Part shown: positions 1 through 9,892 of the stretch, piece by piece
How the letters are laid out: each line of letters starts with the position of its first letter
Numbering within the stretch: position 1 is the first letter of the stretch
Assembly: GCF_000007145.1 (NCBI RefSeq)
Contig: NC_003902.1
Location: forward strand, 2,276,497-2,308,496
Source: Xanthomonas campestris pv. campestris str. ATCC 33913
Lineage (GTDB): Bacteria > Pseudomonadota > Gammaproteobacteria > Xanthomonadales > Xanthomonadaceae
Reading direction: 5' to 3'
DNA length: 32,000 nucleotides
Program-made: the position numbers and the translations under genes
The notes under the pieces: generated by a model
The model's input: the letters and a program-made list of their open reading frames with translations, nothing else
Told to the model about the DNA's origin: nothing
Databases searched by the model: none

Positions 1-125
1 TTGGCAGTGACCAGGCGCTGCCCACTGGAGAGCTGGGCTTCCAATTGGTTCAGTCGCGACTGCTTGGCCGTCATCGCCGACACCGACTGGCTGTACATCA
101 TGCTGGTGGAGATACGGTTGGTCAT
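1..125 (-). CDS. flgL: Flagellar hook-filament junction protein FlgL (HAP3), N-terminal fragment; the gene continues beyond the window start
   Basis: The reverse strand from 125 reads ATG ACC AAC CGT ATC TCC ACC AGC ATG ATG TAC..., giving MTNRISTSMMYSQSVSAMTAKQSRLNQLEAQLSSGQRLVTA. This is the flagellin-like N-terminal motif expected directly downstream of flgK. The start overlaps the flgK stop (TGATG). Confidence 0.8.
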   Translation of the reverse strand, partial: MTNRISTSMMYSQSVSAMTAKQSRLNQLEAQLSSGQRLVTA

Positions 126-1999
126 CAGCGTACGGCGCCCAGGATCGCTTGGAAGATGGTGTCGGCGGTGGAGATCATCTGTGCGGCGGCCTGGTAGGCC
201 TGCTGCAGTTTCAGCATGTCGGCGGCTTCCTCGTCGAGGTTGACGCCGGAAATGGAATCGCGGCTGGCCTGCGCCTGGTCGTTGATGACCTCCTGCGCGT
301 CGGCCGCGTAGTTGGCTGCGCGTGCGGCCGAGCCCACCGAGGTGGTCAGGCCGGACAGCGCGCCATTGAGCGTGACCGTGCCGCCGTTGAGCGCCTTGGC
401 GTCTTCCACCTTGGCCAGCAGTTTGGCGTTGCCGTTGTCGCTGGAGCCGGCGCCCATCGGGCCGACGCCGAAGGTGTCGCCGGCCTTGGGCGCGCCATCC
501 AGCGCGAAGCTCCAGCCGTTGGCGCTGATTGTCTGGCCGGGCGTGTAGGCGAACGGGCCGGTGCCATCGATGGTGTACTGGTTGGCGTCGATGAACTCCA
601 CCGACGACGGTGTCAGCAGCGCAGGGTTCTGTGCATTGGTGACCTTGACGTCGCTGATCTTGCCGGTGCCCAGGTTGGCGATGGTCGCAGTGGCTTTCAC
701 CGGTGTGGCCGCGGCAATGCGCGAGGGGTCGGTGATCGCCACCGAGAGGCTGCCCGCGAGGCCGGCGGTGGGTTGCAGCAGGAATTTGTCGCCGTTGGCC
801 GGCGCACCACCGACCACCATGCTCACGCCGTTGACCACCAGCGGATCGGCAGCGGTGCCGGTGCCGGTCAGCGGCACGGTGGAGCCGGTATCGGTACGCG
901 TGGCCTTCCAGCTGCCGGCATCGAAGCTCAGGGTGACGTTCTGCCCGTCCACCGCGCCCAGATTGCTGAAGCTGGCGGTGAGGGCTGCGGTGCCGGTGTT
1001 CTTCGGGTTGGCGGCGGTGGTGGGCGAGCCGATGTTGAAGAAATTGCCGCCCAGCGCGCCGTACAGGTCCATGCCCTGGCTGTGCGCGGTGTTGAAGCTG
1101 CTGGCCATGCCCACGGCCAGCCGGCCAAGTTCCGCCTGGGTGGGCTCGAGCACGTTGCTGCGAAATTCCAGCAGGCCGCCGATCTGCCCGCCCAGCGAGC
1201 TGGGGCTGAGGCTGACGTTCTGCCCCTGGGTCTGCATCGCCACCTGCAGCTTGGTCGGCTGATACGGGTCGGCCACCGTGGTCAGCTTGGCCGCGGTGGT
1301 CCCCACCACCAACGCCTGTCCGCCAGCGGTGAAAACATTCATGAAACCGCCGTCCTGGATCACCGCGGTACCGCCGGTGTAGCCAACCAGCTTGGACACC
1401 AGCGCATCGCGCTGGTCCAGCAGGTCGGCCGAGGCGTTGTCGATGCTGTTGCCGATGGTGCCGTTGATCTTGGCGATCTGCTGCGTCAGCCGATTGACTT
1501 CATCCACCGACGAAGTCAGGCCGCTGTTGACTTCATTGCTCAGGCTGTCCATCTGCCCGTTGAGCTGCTTGAAGCGCGTGGCCAGGCTGTTGCCGCTGTC
1601 GAGCATGCTCTGCCGCTCGGCGGTGGAGGAGGCGTTGGACGACAGTGCGCTGGCCGAGTCGAAGAAGTTGGACCACAGCCCGGCCACGTTGGTAGCCGTA
1701 TTGGAGTACAGGCTGTCCACGCGGTTGGACAACGACGACAGCTGCTGCAGGCGCGAAAGTTCGCCGCCACTGTCCAGCAGCCGCGAGATGGCCAGCTGGT
1801 CGGCCACGCGGCCCACATCGCTGATCTTGGCGCCATTGCCCACGAACGCGTAGCCCATGTCGGTGGGCGTGCGCGTTGCAAATTCCACACGTTGGCGGCT
1901 GTAGCCTTCCGTATTGATGTTGGCGACGTTATGGCTAACGGTCGACAACGCCCGTTGGAAGGCGATCAGCGCGCTGGTCCCGGTGGACATGATGGACAT
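125..1999 (-). CDS. flgK: Flagellar hook-associated protein 1 FlgK
   Basis: 624-aa ORF with an ATG start. The N-terminus MSIMSTGTSALIAFQRALSTVSHNVANINTEGYSRQ and the C-terminus GVNLDEEAADMLKLQQAYQAAAQMISTADTIFQAIL are the conserved axial-protein termini of FlgK. It sits between flgJ and flgL. Confidence 0.95.
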   Translation of the reverse strand: MSIMSTGTSALIAFQRALSTVSHNVANINTEGYSRQRVEFATRTPTDMGYAFVGNGAKISDVGRVADQLAISRLLDSGGELSRLQQLSSLSNRVDSLYSNTATNVAGLWSNFFDSASALSSNASSTAERQSMLDSGNSLATRFKQLNGQMDSLSNEVNSGLTSSVDEVNRLTQQIAKINGTIGNSIDNASADLLDQRDALVSKLVGYTGGTAVIQDGGFMNVFTAGGQALVVGTTAAKLTTVADPYQPTKLQVAMQTQGQNVSLSPSSLGGQIGGLLEFRSNVLEPTQAELGRLAVGMASSFNTAHSQGMDLYGALGGNFFNIGSPTTAANPKNTGTAALTASFSNLGAVDGQNVTLSFDAGSWKATRTDTGSTVPLTGTGTAADPLVVNGVSMVVGGAPANGDKFLLQPTAGLAGSLSVAITDPSRIAAATPVKATATIANLGTGKISDVKVTNAQNPALLTPSSVEFIDANQYTIDGTGPFAYTPGQTISANGWSFALDGAPKAGDTFGVGPMGAGSSDNGNAKLLAKVEDAKALNGGTVTLNGALSGLTTSVGSAARAANYAADAQEVINDQAQASRDSISGVNLDEEAADMLKLQQAYQAAAQMISTADTIFQAILGAVR

Positions 2000-2010
2000 G
2001 GGCGATTACC

Positions 2011-3198
2011 TCAGCGACGAATGGTGCCTAGCCCAACGGGCTCGGCGGTACTGGCATAGCGGTTGGACAGGTCGGCCGCCGCGTTGCCAATCGCGGCCAC
2101 CGCACGGTCGATGGTCGGACCGTTGGCGATCGCCGCGATCTTGGCTGCGTAGCCCGGATCGGTGGCGTACCCGGCCTGTTGCAAGCCGCGTGCAAAACCC
2201 TTGATGTCGGTGCCGGCCTGCAGCGCCGTCTGGTAACGGCTGTTGTTTTTCAGCAGGCGCACGTAGTCGGCAAAGCTCTCTTCGGCCGAGCCGTAGGCGC
2301 GGAAATCCGCGGTTTCAGTGGTTTTGACGCCGTTGACGTATTCGTGCGTGCCGGTGGTGACCTTGGCGCCGTTCCAGCCGGTGGCCTTGATGCCAAACAG
2401 GTTGTTGGAATCGCCGCCATTGCCGATGCCGCGACGGCCCCAGCCGGTTTCCAGCGCGGCCTGCGCCACCAGCGCGCGCGGATCCACGCCAAGTTCGCGG
2501 GCGGCCTTTTGCGCATGCGTCCAGATCTTGGCGACAAAGCCTTCCGGTGTGCGCTCGCCCAGGCTGGCGGCGGCGCTGGAAGCGGCGGTGGCATTCACTG
2601 CGGCGTTGGCGTCGGCCGCATCGGTGGCGGTGACATCGCTCCAGCGGTCGTTGGCCGAGGGCCAGCTCAGCGCGGCCGCGTCATCGCCGCCTGCTTCGCC
2701 GCCGGTGCGCCCGGCAATCAGATCCAGCACCTGGCTCATGCCGATGCCGGTGAGGCCGCCTGCGCCGATACCTGCAGCGGTGCCGACCGCTGCGCCGAGG
2801 CTCGCACCGACGCTGGTTGCCGCGCCGTCACGGGCGGGCAGCGGCAAAGACGCGTCGCGCTTGCCGGCCACCAGCGCATAGGCCTTGGCGGCATCGGCGG
2901 TGCTCAGCGAGGTGTTCAAGGCCGGGCCGCCGGTGTCGCCGCTCAGCTGCTTGGAGATCATTGCCGACAGACCAAGCCCCTTGCCGTCGGTCAACGCCTT
3001 GGCCATCTGCTGGTCGTACATCTCACGGAACATCTGGTTTTCACCCGGAAACATCGGGTCGCCGGAGCTCGCATCGCGCATGCTCTTGACCAGCATCTGC
3101 GCGAACTGGCCTTCGAGCTGACGTGAGACCTTGTCGATCTTTGCAGGATCGGCCTTGGTGCTCGGGTTGAGATCAATGGGCGATGCAGAGATACGCAT
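2011..3198 (-). CDS. flgJ: Flagellar rod-assembly protein / peptidoglycan hydrolase FlgJ
   Basis: 395 aa. It has an N-terminal rod-binding region (SRQLEGQFAQMLVKSMRD...MFREMYDQQMAKAL), an Ala/Gly-rich linker, and a C-terminal glucosaminidase-type region (AALETGWGRR...NLFGIKATGW...YVRLL). It lies 1 nt after flgI. Confidence 0.9.
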   Translation of the reverse strand: MRISASPIDLNPSTKADPAKIDKVSRQLEGQFAQMLVKSMRDASSGDPMFPGENQMFREMYDQQMAKALTDGKGLGLSAMISKQLSGDTGGPALNTSLSTADAAKAYALVAGKRDASLPLPARDGAATSVGASLGAAVGTAAGIGAGGLTGIGMSQVLDLIAGRTGGEAGGDDAAALSWPSANDRWSDVTATDAADANAAVNATAASSAAASLGERTPEGFVAKIWTHAQKAARELGVDPRALVAQAALETGWGRRGIGNGGDSNNLFGIKATGWNGAKVTTGTHEYVNGVKTTETADFRAYGSAEESFADYVRLLKNNSRYQTALQAGTDIKGFARGLQQAGYATDPGYAAKIAAIANGPTIDRAVAAIGNAAADLSNRYASTAEPVGLGTIRR

Positions 3199-3199
3199 G

Positions 3200-5021
<1,822 letters not shown>

Positions 5022-5059
5022 GGCGTGAGTTCCTGAGAGGGCGACGAGCGGCGAGCCGA

Positions 5060-5845
5060 TCAGACGTTGTTGTTCAAGTAACCGAGCATCGAGTCGGTGG
5101 TGGAGATGGCCTTGGCGTTCATTTCGTAGGCGCGCTGCGTCTCGATCATGCTCACCAGCTCTTCCACCGTATTGACGTTGCTGCCTTCCAGCGCGCCCTG
5201 CACGGTGGTACCCAGGCCGTTGAGGCCGGGGGTGCCGTTCTGCGCGGGCCCGGAAGCGGTGGTTTCGACAAACAGGTTTTCGCCCTTGGCCTGCAGGCCC
5301 GAGGGGTTGATGAAGTCGGTCAGCGTCAACGCGCCGATTTCCTGCGCGGCGGCCTGGCCGGCCAGGGTCACGCTGATGGTGCCGTCGTTGCCGATGGTCA
5401 GCGACTGCGCGCCTTCCGGCACCTGGATGCCCGGCTGCAGCGGGTAGCCGCTGTTGGTGACGACTTCGCCCTGCGCGTTGATCTGGAAGGTGCCGTCGCG
5501 GGTGTAGGCCGAGGTACCGTCGGGCATCTGCACTTCGAAGAAGCCGCGGCCGTTGACCATCACGTCGAGCGCGCGGCCGGTCTGCTGCTGGCTGCCCTGG
5601 TCGAAGCCCTTGAAGGTGGAGACCACGCGCACACCGGTACCCAGTTGCAGGCCGGTGGGCAGCTGCGTCTGCGCGGAGGTGGAACCACCCGGCGCGCGCA
5701 CCTGTTGATACAGCAGGTCTTCAAACGCGGCACGGTCGCGCTTGAAGCCGGTGGTATTGGTATTGGCCAGGTTGTTGGAAATGACCGACATGCGCGTCTG
5801 CTGCGCATCCAGTCCGGTTTTGGCGACCCACAAAGCCTGATTCAT
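5060..5845 (-). CDS. flgG: Flagellar distal rod protein FlgG
   Basis: I trimmed the 284-aa track ORF to the internal ATG at 5845 (MNQALWVAKTGLDAQQTRMSVISNNLANTNTTGFK), giving 261 aa, the normal FlgG length. A GAGGA Shine-Dalgarno lies 8 nt upstream. The 23 extra upstream codons run into non-coding sequence. Confidence 0.93.
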   Translation of the reverse strand: MNQALWVAKTGLDAQQTRMSVISNNLANTNTTGFKRDRAAFEDLLYQQVRAPGGSTSAQTQLPTGLQLGTGVRVVSTFKGFDQGSQQQTGRALDVMVNGRGFFEVQMPDGTSAYTRDGTFQINAQGEVVTNSGYPLQPGIQVPEGAQSLTIGNDGTISVTLAGQAAAQEIGALTLTDFINPSGLQAKGENLFVETTASGPAQNGTPGLNGLGTTVQGALEGSNVNTVEELVSMIETQRAYEMNAKAISTTDSMLGYLNNNV

Positions 5846-5897
5846 GACCCGATTCCTCGTTAGACCCGGGGATGTGTTCCGGGCACGGCTGGGTATA

Positions 5898-5913
5898 TGC
5901 ACGTGTTGTGCCA
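5898..5913 (-). promoter_or_regulatory. Candidate sigma54 (-24/-12) promoter upstream of flgG
   Basis: The reverse strand reads TGGCAC-aacac-GTGCA. The consensus is TGGCAC-N5-TTGCW, and both the GG and GC dinucleotides are at the correct spacing. It lies about 50 nt upstream of the flgG ATG. Confidence 0.45.
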
Positions 5914-6150
5914 AAGCCGCGCCGGTTTTCTGCCGGCTGTGCGGTGGGTCACGCGGAGTTGGCGCGGCGGCCTTCGCGAGGCAGGGCTGGCGGCGGGTAG
6001 GTCGCGGCTAGGCGGAAGTGGTGGAAATCTGCGCGGCAGATCAGGCGCGGTAGATCGGTTGCCGGTCAGCGATGTGGTCGAAGACGTGTGAACCCTTGGC
6101 GCTGCGTGCGGAAGGGTGCTTGGGACTTGCCGGCTGGCATTGCGACACAA

Positions 6151-6249
6151 TCAAGAGCTTGGGTGGTTGAGCGCGTGGTGCCGTCAAAAGCCTGGTAAGT
6201 CGAGCGTGCGGTGTCTTCAAAAGCCTGGTCTGTCGAAGGCGCGGTGCCC
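6151..6249. repeat. Three tandem 33-bp repeats (TCAAAAGCCTGG..CG..G.GCGGTG.C)
   Basis: The units are 6151-6183 tcaagagcttgggtggttgagcgcgtggtgccg, 6184-6216 tcaaaagcctggtaagtcgagcgtgcggtgtct and 6217-6249 tcaaaagcctggtctgtcgaaggcgcggtgccc. Related single units occur at 21587-21619 and 21774-21806. Confidence 0.8.
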
Positions 6250-6346
6250 TCACCGCTCGCGGGACACGCCGTGAACCCGTCCCTGGGGGCTCGGTGGCGG
6301 CATCCATGCCGCCACACGGTCCCGCGATGGTGGGCGGGCAGGGGCC
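6241..6346 (+). repeat. Long nested-palindrome repeat element, copy A (REP/MITE-like)
   Basis: The sequence is gcggtgccctcaccgctcGCGGGACacgCCGTGaacccgtccctgggggctcggtGGCGGCATccATGCCGCCaCACGGtCCCGCgatggtgggcgggcaggggcc. It contains an inner GGCGGCAT/ATGCCGCC hairpin and GCGGGAC..CCGTG pairing with CACGG.CCCGC. Near-identical copies lie at 21798-21900 and, inverted, at 22178-22286. Confidence 0.75.
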
Positions 6347-6357
6347 TTGCAACCAAG

Positions 6358-6466
6358 TCGCAGATCAGCCGCTCTAAAGGGTGTCCCGCGATGGTGGCCG
6401 GGCAAGGGCCCTGCAGCCAAGCTGGGTGAGCCAGGGTCCTGCAGCCACGCTGCAGATCAGCCGCCG
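6358..6466 (+). repeat. Tail modules of the same repeat family (second GTCCCGCGATGGTGG..GGCAAGGGCC unit and a duplicated GCAGATCAGCCGC motif)
   Basis: 6381-6421 gtgtcccgcgatggtggccgggcaagggccctgcagccaag repeats 6319-6357. GCAGATCAGCCGC occurs at 6360-6372 and 6452-6464. Related strings lie at 21670-21686 and 22455-22471. Confidence 0.6.
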
Positions 6467-6638
6467 CCAGAGACCGGATCATTCGCTCAGCAGTAGACCT
6501 GCGTGTGCATGACGAGAGTGGCCAAACGACATGCCGATTGCGTCAGCCTGCCATGCCGCCTCGCGCCTGCTCTCGAAGTGGTTGGCAAAAACCCTGGCCG
6601 GCCGACCCGCGACGACGCAGTCGCCTTGGCGATGACGG

Positions 6639-7394
6639 TTAGCCGCTGACACGCAGCAACGAATTGGCCGACTGCGCGTTGTCGTCGCCGTTCTTGATGA
6701 TCTTCACCTGCATTTCAAACTGGCGCTGCAGCTGGATCATCTCCACCAGCGCGCCGGCGGCATCCACGTTGCTGCCTTCCAGCATGCCGCTGTTGACGGT
6801 CTTGCCGGTGGCCACCGCAAATGCCTGCGCCGGGTCGGTGCTGGTATTGCGCATCAACCCGTCCGGGCGTCGCATCAAACGGTCGGCGGGCGCATCGACC
6901 ACCTTCATCTTGCCGACGATGGCCATGGTCTGCGGGCCTTCGCCCTGCGGAATGATCGAGATGCTGCCATCGCTGCCGATTTCCATCGCCTGGTGCGGCG
7001 GGATGGTCATCGGGTTGCCGCCTTCATCCAGCACCGCGTGCCCGTTGGCAGTGACCAACTGGCCATTGGCGGTGAGCGCCAATTCGCCATTACGGGTGTA
7101 GGCCTCGCTGCCGTCCGGCGACTGCACCGCCAGCCAGCGATCCTGCTGCAACGAAACATCCAGCGGGTTGCCGGTGACCTTCTGATGGCCCTGGCTGCGA
7201 TCGAAGCCCTGGTCCACATGCAGCGCATCGATCCGCGACGGATACCCCTTGCCCCGGATCTGGAATGCCTCGGTGTTGGCCAACGCGGCCTTGAAACCCA
7301 CCGTATCGACGTTGGCGAGATTGTGCGACACGGTGCTCTGCGCCTGCAGCGAAGCGCGGGCACCGGTCATTGCAACGTAGAGGGCTTTGTCCAT
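6639..7394 (-). CDS. flgF: Flagellar proximal rod protein FlgF
   Basis: I trimmed the 282-aa track ORF to the ATG at 7394 (MDKALYVAMTGARASLQAQSTVSHNLANVDTVGFKAAL), giving 251 aa. This aligns from residue 1 with the FlgF N-terminal motif. The upstream 31 codons are translated heptamer repeat (RFPIPDSR). Confidence 0.92.
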   Translation of the reverse strand: MDKALYVAMTGARASLQAQSTVSHNLANVDTVGFKAALANTEAFQIRGKGYPSRIDALHVDQGFDRSQGHQKVTGNPLDVSLQQDRWLAVQSPDGSEAYTRNGELALTANGQLVTANGHAVLDEGGNPMTIPPHQAMEIGSDGSISIIPQGEGPQTMAIVGKMKVVDAPADRLMRRPDGLMRNTSTDPAQAFAVATGKTVNSGMLEGSNVDAAGALVEMIQLQRQFEMQVKIIKNGDDNAQSANSLLRVSG

Positions 7395-7400
7395 TTGGCA

Positions 7401-7533
7401 CCGGGAATCGGGAATGGGGAATCGGGAATTGCAAAAGCGGGATTGCTGGAGACTGGGAGAAGGGGGTAAGGCCGGCATCCGATGCACGAGATGCTTGCTC
7501 TTACGATTCCCTACTCCCGATTCCCCATTCCCA
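7401..7533. repeat. Heptamer-armed inverted-repeat element, copy E1 (flgE|flgF intergenic)
   Basis: The left arm is 7401-7432 ccGGGAATCGGGAATGGGGAATCGGGAATtgc. A 71-nt spacer follows. The right arm is 7504-7533 cGATTCCCTACTCCCGATTCCCCATTCCCa. The arms are complementary over about 18-25 nt. Confidence 0.85.
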
Positions 7534-7537
7534 GCTC

Positions 7538-8761
7538 TTAACGAATATTGATGATCGTCTGGGTGACCTGATCCTGGGTCGAGATCATCTGCGAGTTGGC
7601 CTGGAAGTTACGCTGGGCCACGATCATGTTCACCAGCTGCTCGGTGAGGTCCACCGTGGAGGCTTCCAGCGAGCCGGATTCGATCTGGCCCAGGTCCGAG
7701 GTGTCCGGTGCGCCGACGCGGGCGGCGCCGGAGGTGTAGCTTTCGGCCCACATGTTGTTGCCCTGCGACTGCAGGCCCTGCGGGTTGACGAAGCTGTTCA
7801 GCGCGACCTGGCCCAACGCCTTGTCGGCGCCGTTGGAGTACCGCGCAAACACCACGCCGCTGGTGTCGATGCTGATCTCGTTGAGCTTGCCGCTGGCGTA
7901 GCCATCCTGGCGCGTATCGCGCAGCGCGAAGGCTTCGCCGTATTGGGTGGAACCGCTGACATTGAGCTGCATGCTCAGCACGCCGGCACCGGTGCTCGGG
8001 GTGAACGGGTCCATCGCCACGATGCCGTTGGCCGGGGTGGTCAGCGAGCCGGTGTCGGAGAACTGCAGCGTGGTCGGCGCGCCAACAGCCGAGCCATCCA
8101 CGTAGTTGTGCACCTGCCACTCGTTCGGGTTGGCGGTCTTGACGAAGTAGGAGGTCTGCACGTGGCTGACGCCCAGCGAATCGTAGACGTTGATGCCGCC
8201 GGTGGAATGGCTGTAGGTCTTGTCATCGGCCGGGTTGAACGGGGTGACCGTCGGTGCGCTGGCATTGCCGGGCAGGGTGAAGGCCAGGTTGACGGTGGAG
8301 GTCGACTTGGGCGGGCTGTCGGTGGTCAGCAGCTGCAGGTCCGACAGGCGACCGACGTCGAAGCCGTTACCGCTGGGATTGGGCGCGAATACCTGCAGGC
8401 GTGCGCCCTGCGGGTTGATCACATAGCCGTTGGCATCGGTCTGGAAGTTGCCGGCGCGGGTGTACATCTTGGCGCCGTTGGAGGACACAGCGAAGAAGCC
8501 TTCGCCGGAGATCGCCAGATCCAGGCTGCGCCCGGTCGGGTCGATATTGCCCTGCGAGAACTGCTGCGCCACATTGCTGACGCGCACGCCCGAACCCACT
8601 GCATTGCGCGACAGGCCGTAGCTGGTGCTCTGGAACATGTCGGCAAACTCGGCGCGCGACTCCTTGAAACCAGTCGTGTTGACGTTGGCGATGTTGTTGG
8701 AGGTGACGTTCAGATCGGCATTGGCTGCGTTGATGCCGGACAACGAGGTATTGAAAGCCAT
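7538..8761 (-). CDS. flgE: Flagellar hook protein FlgE
   Basis: 407 aa. The N-terminus is MAFNTSLSGINAANADLNVTSNNIANVNTTGFKESRAEF and the C-terminus is VDLTEQLVNMIVAQRNFQANSQMISTQDQVTQTIINIR. Confidence 0.95.
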   Translation of the reverse strand: MAFNTSLSGINAANADLNVTSNNIANVNTTGFKESRAEFADMFQSTSYGLSRNAVGSGVRVSNVAQQFSQGNIDPTGRSLDLAISGEGFFAVSSNGAKMYTRAGNFQTDANGYVINPQGARLQVFAPNPSGNGFDVGRLSDLQLLTTDSPPKSTSTVNLAFTLPGNASAPTVTPFNPADDKTYSHSTGGINVYDSLGVSHVQTSYFVKTANPNEWQVHNYVDGSAVGAPTTLQFSDTGSLTTPANGIVAMDPFTPSTGAGVLSMQLNVSGSTQYGEAFALRDTRQDGYASGKLNEISIDTSGVVFARYSNGADKALGQVALNSFVNPQGLQSQGNNMWAESYTSGAARVGAPDTSDLGQIESGSLEASTVDLTEQLVNMIVAQRNFQANSQMISTQDQVTQTIINIR

Positions 8762-8792
8762 GGATGAGTTCCTTTAAGTGGCGGTTGCCGGC

Positions 8793-9458
8793 TCAGCTGA
8801 CGCGGAGCACGTTGGCGAGCGGGGAGGTGCCGAGCCCCGTCAGGTTGAGATACAGCCCGTCCGAGCCGATCGTGACGCTGTCCACCGGTGCGTCCACGTA
8901 GGTGGCCAGTTTGCTTTTGGCACCGGCGGTGTCGGTTTGGGTGGCGGTAATGCCGTATTTGCCGGCGGCCATGCGGTTGCCGTTGGCGTCGGTGCCATCC
9001 CAGGCAAACGACACCTCACCGGCGGCGCTGGCCGGCACGCTGAGCTGTTTGACGAAGGTGCCGTTGGCATCGGTGATTTCGAAATTGACGAAACCGGCCG
9101 AGGTCGCGGCGACCACGCCCTTGGCCGAGCCGGTCGCATCGATCGCCACCTGCGCCGAGGGCACCAACACGTTGTGGCCCACCAGCGCGGCACCCTTGAG
9201 CACCTGGTCGCTGTTCATCGAATCGGAGAAATTGCCGACCTTGGTATTGAGGTCGCCAATGCCCTGCACGGTGGAGAACTGCGCCAGCTGGCCCAGAAAC
9301 GCGCTGTTTTCCATGGGCTTGAGCGGGTCCTGGTGCTGGAGCTGCTCGGTCATCAATTTGAGGAAGTCGGCCTGGCCGAGCGCGTCCTCTTTCTTGGCGA
9401 CCTTGCTGCTGGTGGTCAGCCCAAGGCTGTTGTAAAGGTCACTGCCGATCGTGCTCAT
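8793..9458 (-). CDS. flgD: Flagellar hook capping/assembly protein FlgD
   Basis: 221 aa. The conserved block is GQADFLKLMTEQLQHQDPLKPMENSAFLGQLAQFSTVQG. A C-terminal Ig-like region is present. It sits between flgC and flgE. Confidence 0.93.
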   Translation of the reverse strand: MSTIGSDLYNSLGLTTSSKVAKKEDALGQADFLKLMTEQLQHQDPLKPMENSAFLGQLAQFSTVQGIGDLNTKVGNFSDSMNSDQVLKGAALVGHNVLVPSAQVAIDATGSAKGVVAATSAGFVNFEITDANGTFVKQLSVPASAAGEVSFAWDGTDANGNRMAAGKYGITATQTDTAGAKSKLATYVDAPVDSVTIGSDGLYLNLTGLGTSPLANVLRVS

Positions 9459-9481
9459 CTGGAATGGTCCGTAAGGAAGGG

Positions 9482-9889
9482 TCAGCGACCCATGGTCAAG
9501 GTGGCGAGCGCCAGTTCCTTGGCGGTGTTGAGCATTTCCACGCCAGCCTGGTAGTTACGCGAGGCGGAAATCATGTTGACCATCTGCGAGACCGGGTCCA
9601 CGTCGGGCGAGAACACGTAACCGTCGGCGTCGGCCAGCGGGTGCCCGGGCTCATAGCGGCGGATCGGTGGCGCGTTGGTGGTGGTGATCTCTTTGACGTT
9701 CACCGAGGTCAGGCTGGGGTCCTGGCGGTTTTGCTGCGCCTGGAAGATCGGCTCGATCGGCTTGTAGGTCGCTTCCGCCGAGCCCGCGATCGAGTCGGCA
9801 TTGGCCAGGTTGGAGGCGATGGTGCTCAGGCGCACGGACTGCGCGTGCAGCGCAGAACCGGCGACATCGAAAATCGGGAGATTGCTCAT
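9482..9889 (-). CDS. flgC: Flagellar basal-body rod protein FlgC
   Basis: 135 aa. The N-terminus is MSNLPIFDVAGSALHAQSVRLSTIASNLANADS and the C-terminus is VNMISASRNYQAGVEMLNTAKELALATL. It lies 3 nt after flgB. Confidence 0.95.
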   Translation of the reverse strand: MSNLPIFDVAGSALHAQSVRLSTIASNLANADSIAGSAEATYKPIEPIFQAQQNRQDPSLTSVNVKEITTTNAPPIRRYEPGHPLADADGYVFSPDVDPVSQMVNMISASRNYQAGVEMLNTAKELALATLTMGR

Positions 9890-9892
9890 GAC

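Noticed and set aside
149-2059. Very long plus-strand ORF (636 aa) antisense to flgK. Similar long antisense ORFs lie at 7370-8767, 18791-19720, 22595-24235, 23493-25223 and 28516-29598.
   Set aside because: Each is the mirror frame of a confidently identified gene in GC-rich DNA, where stop codons are rare. Their translations are low-complexity (Arg/Gly/Ala/His-rich) with no recognisable motifs.
2179-2196. Sigma54-like string inside the 3' end of flgJ (reverse strand TTGCAC-gcggc-TTGCA) that could drive flgKL
   Set aside because: The invariant GG of the -24 element is TG here. I also found no sigma28 motif upstream of flgK, so no internal flgK promoter can be supported.
5846-5914. N-terminal extensions of track ORFs, including:
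- flgG to 5914
- flgF to 7487
- flgB to 10567
- MCP to 24325
- mnmA to 26371
- PAS-GGDEF-EAL from 18443
- clpS from 26618
- hflD to 25097
- infA to 30281
   Set aside because: The conserved protein N-termini begin at internal start codons that give family-typical lengths. The extensions cross promoters, repeats or neighbouring genes. Some track starts are GTG or TTG rendered as M.
6135-6143. Shared 9-mer TGGCATTGC upstream of both the flgG (6135-6143) and flgB (10406-10414) sigma54 promoters, as a possible common activator site
   Set aside because: A single shared 9-mer is expected by chance many times in 32 kb. The distances to the two promoters also differ (about 225 versus about 65 bp).
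6041-6482. Small ORFs such as ...GGMDAATEPPGTGSRRVP... (6041-6352, 6066-6482, 21619-21897, 21937-22335, 22117-22410)
   Set aside because: The same peptide strings arise wherever the palindromic repeat occurs, in both orientations. They are translations of a non-coding repeat.
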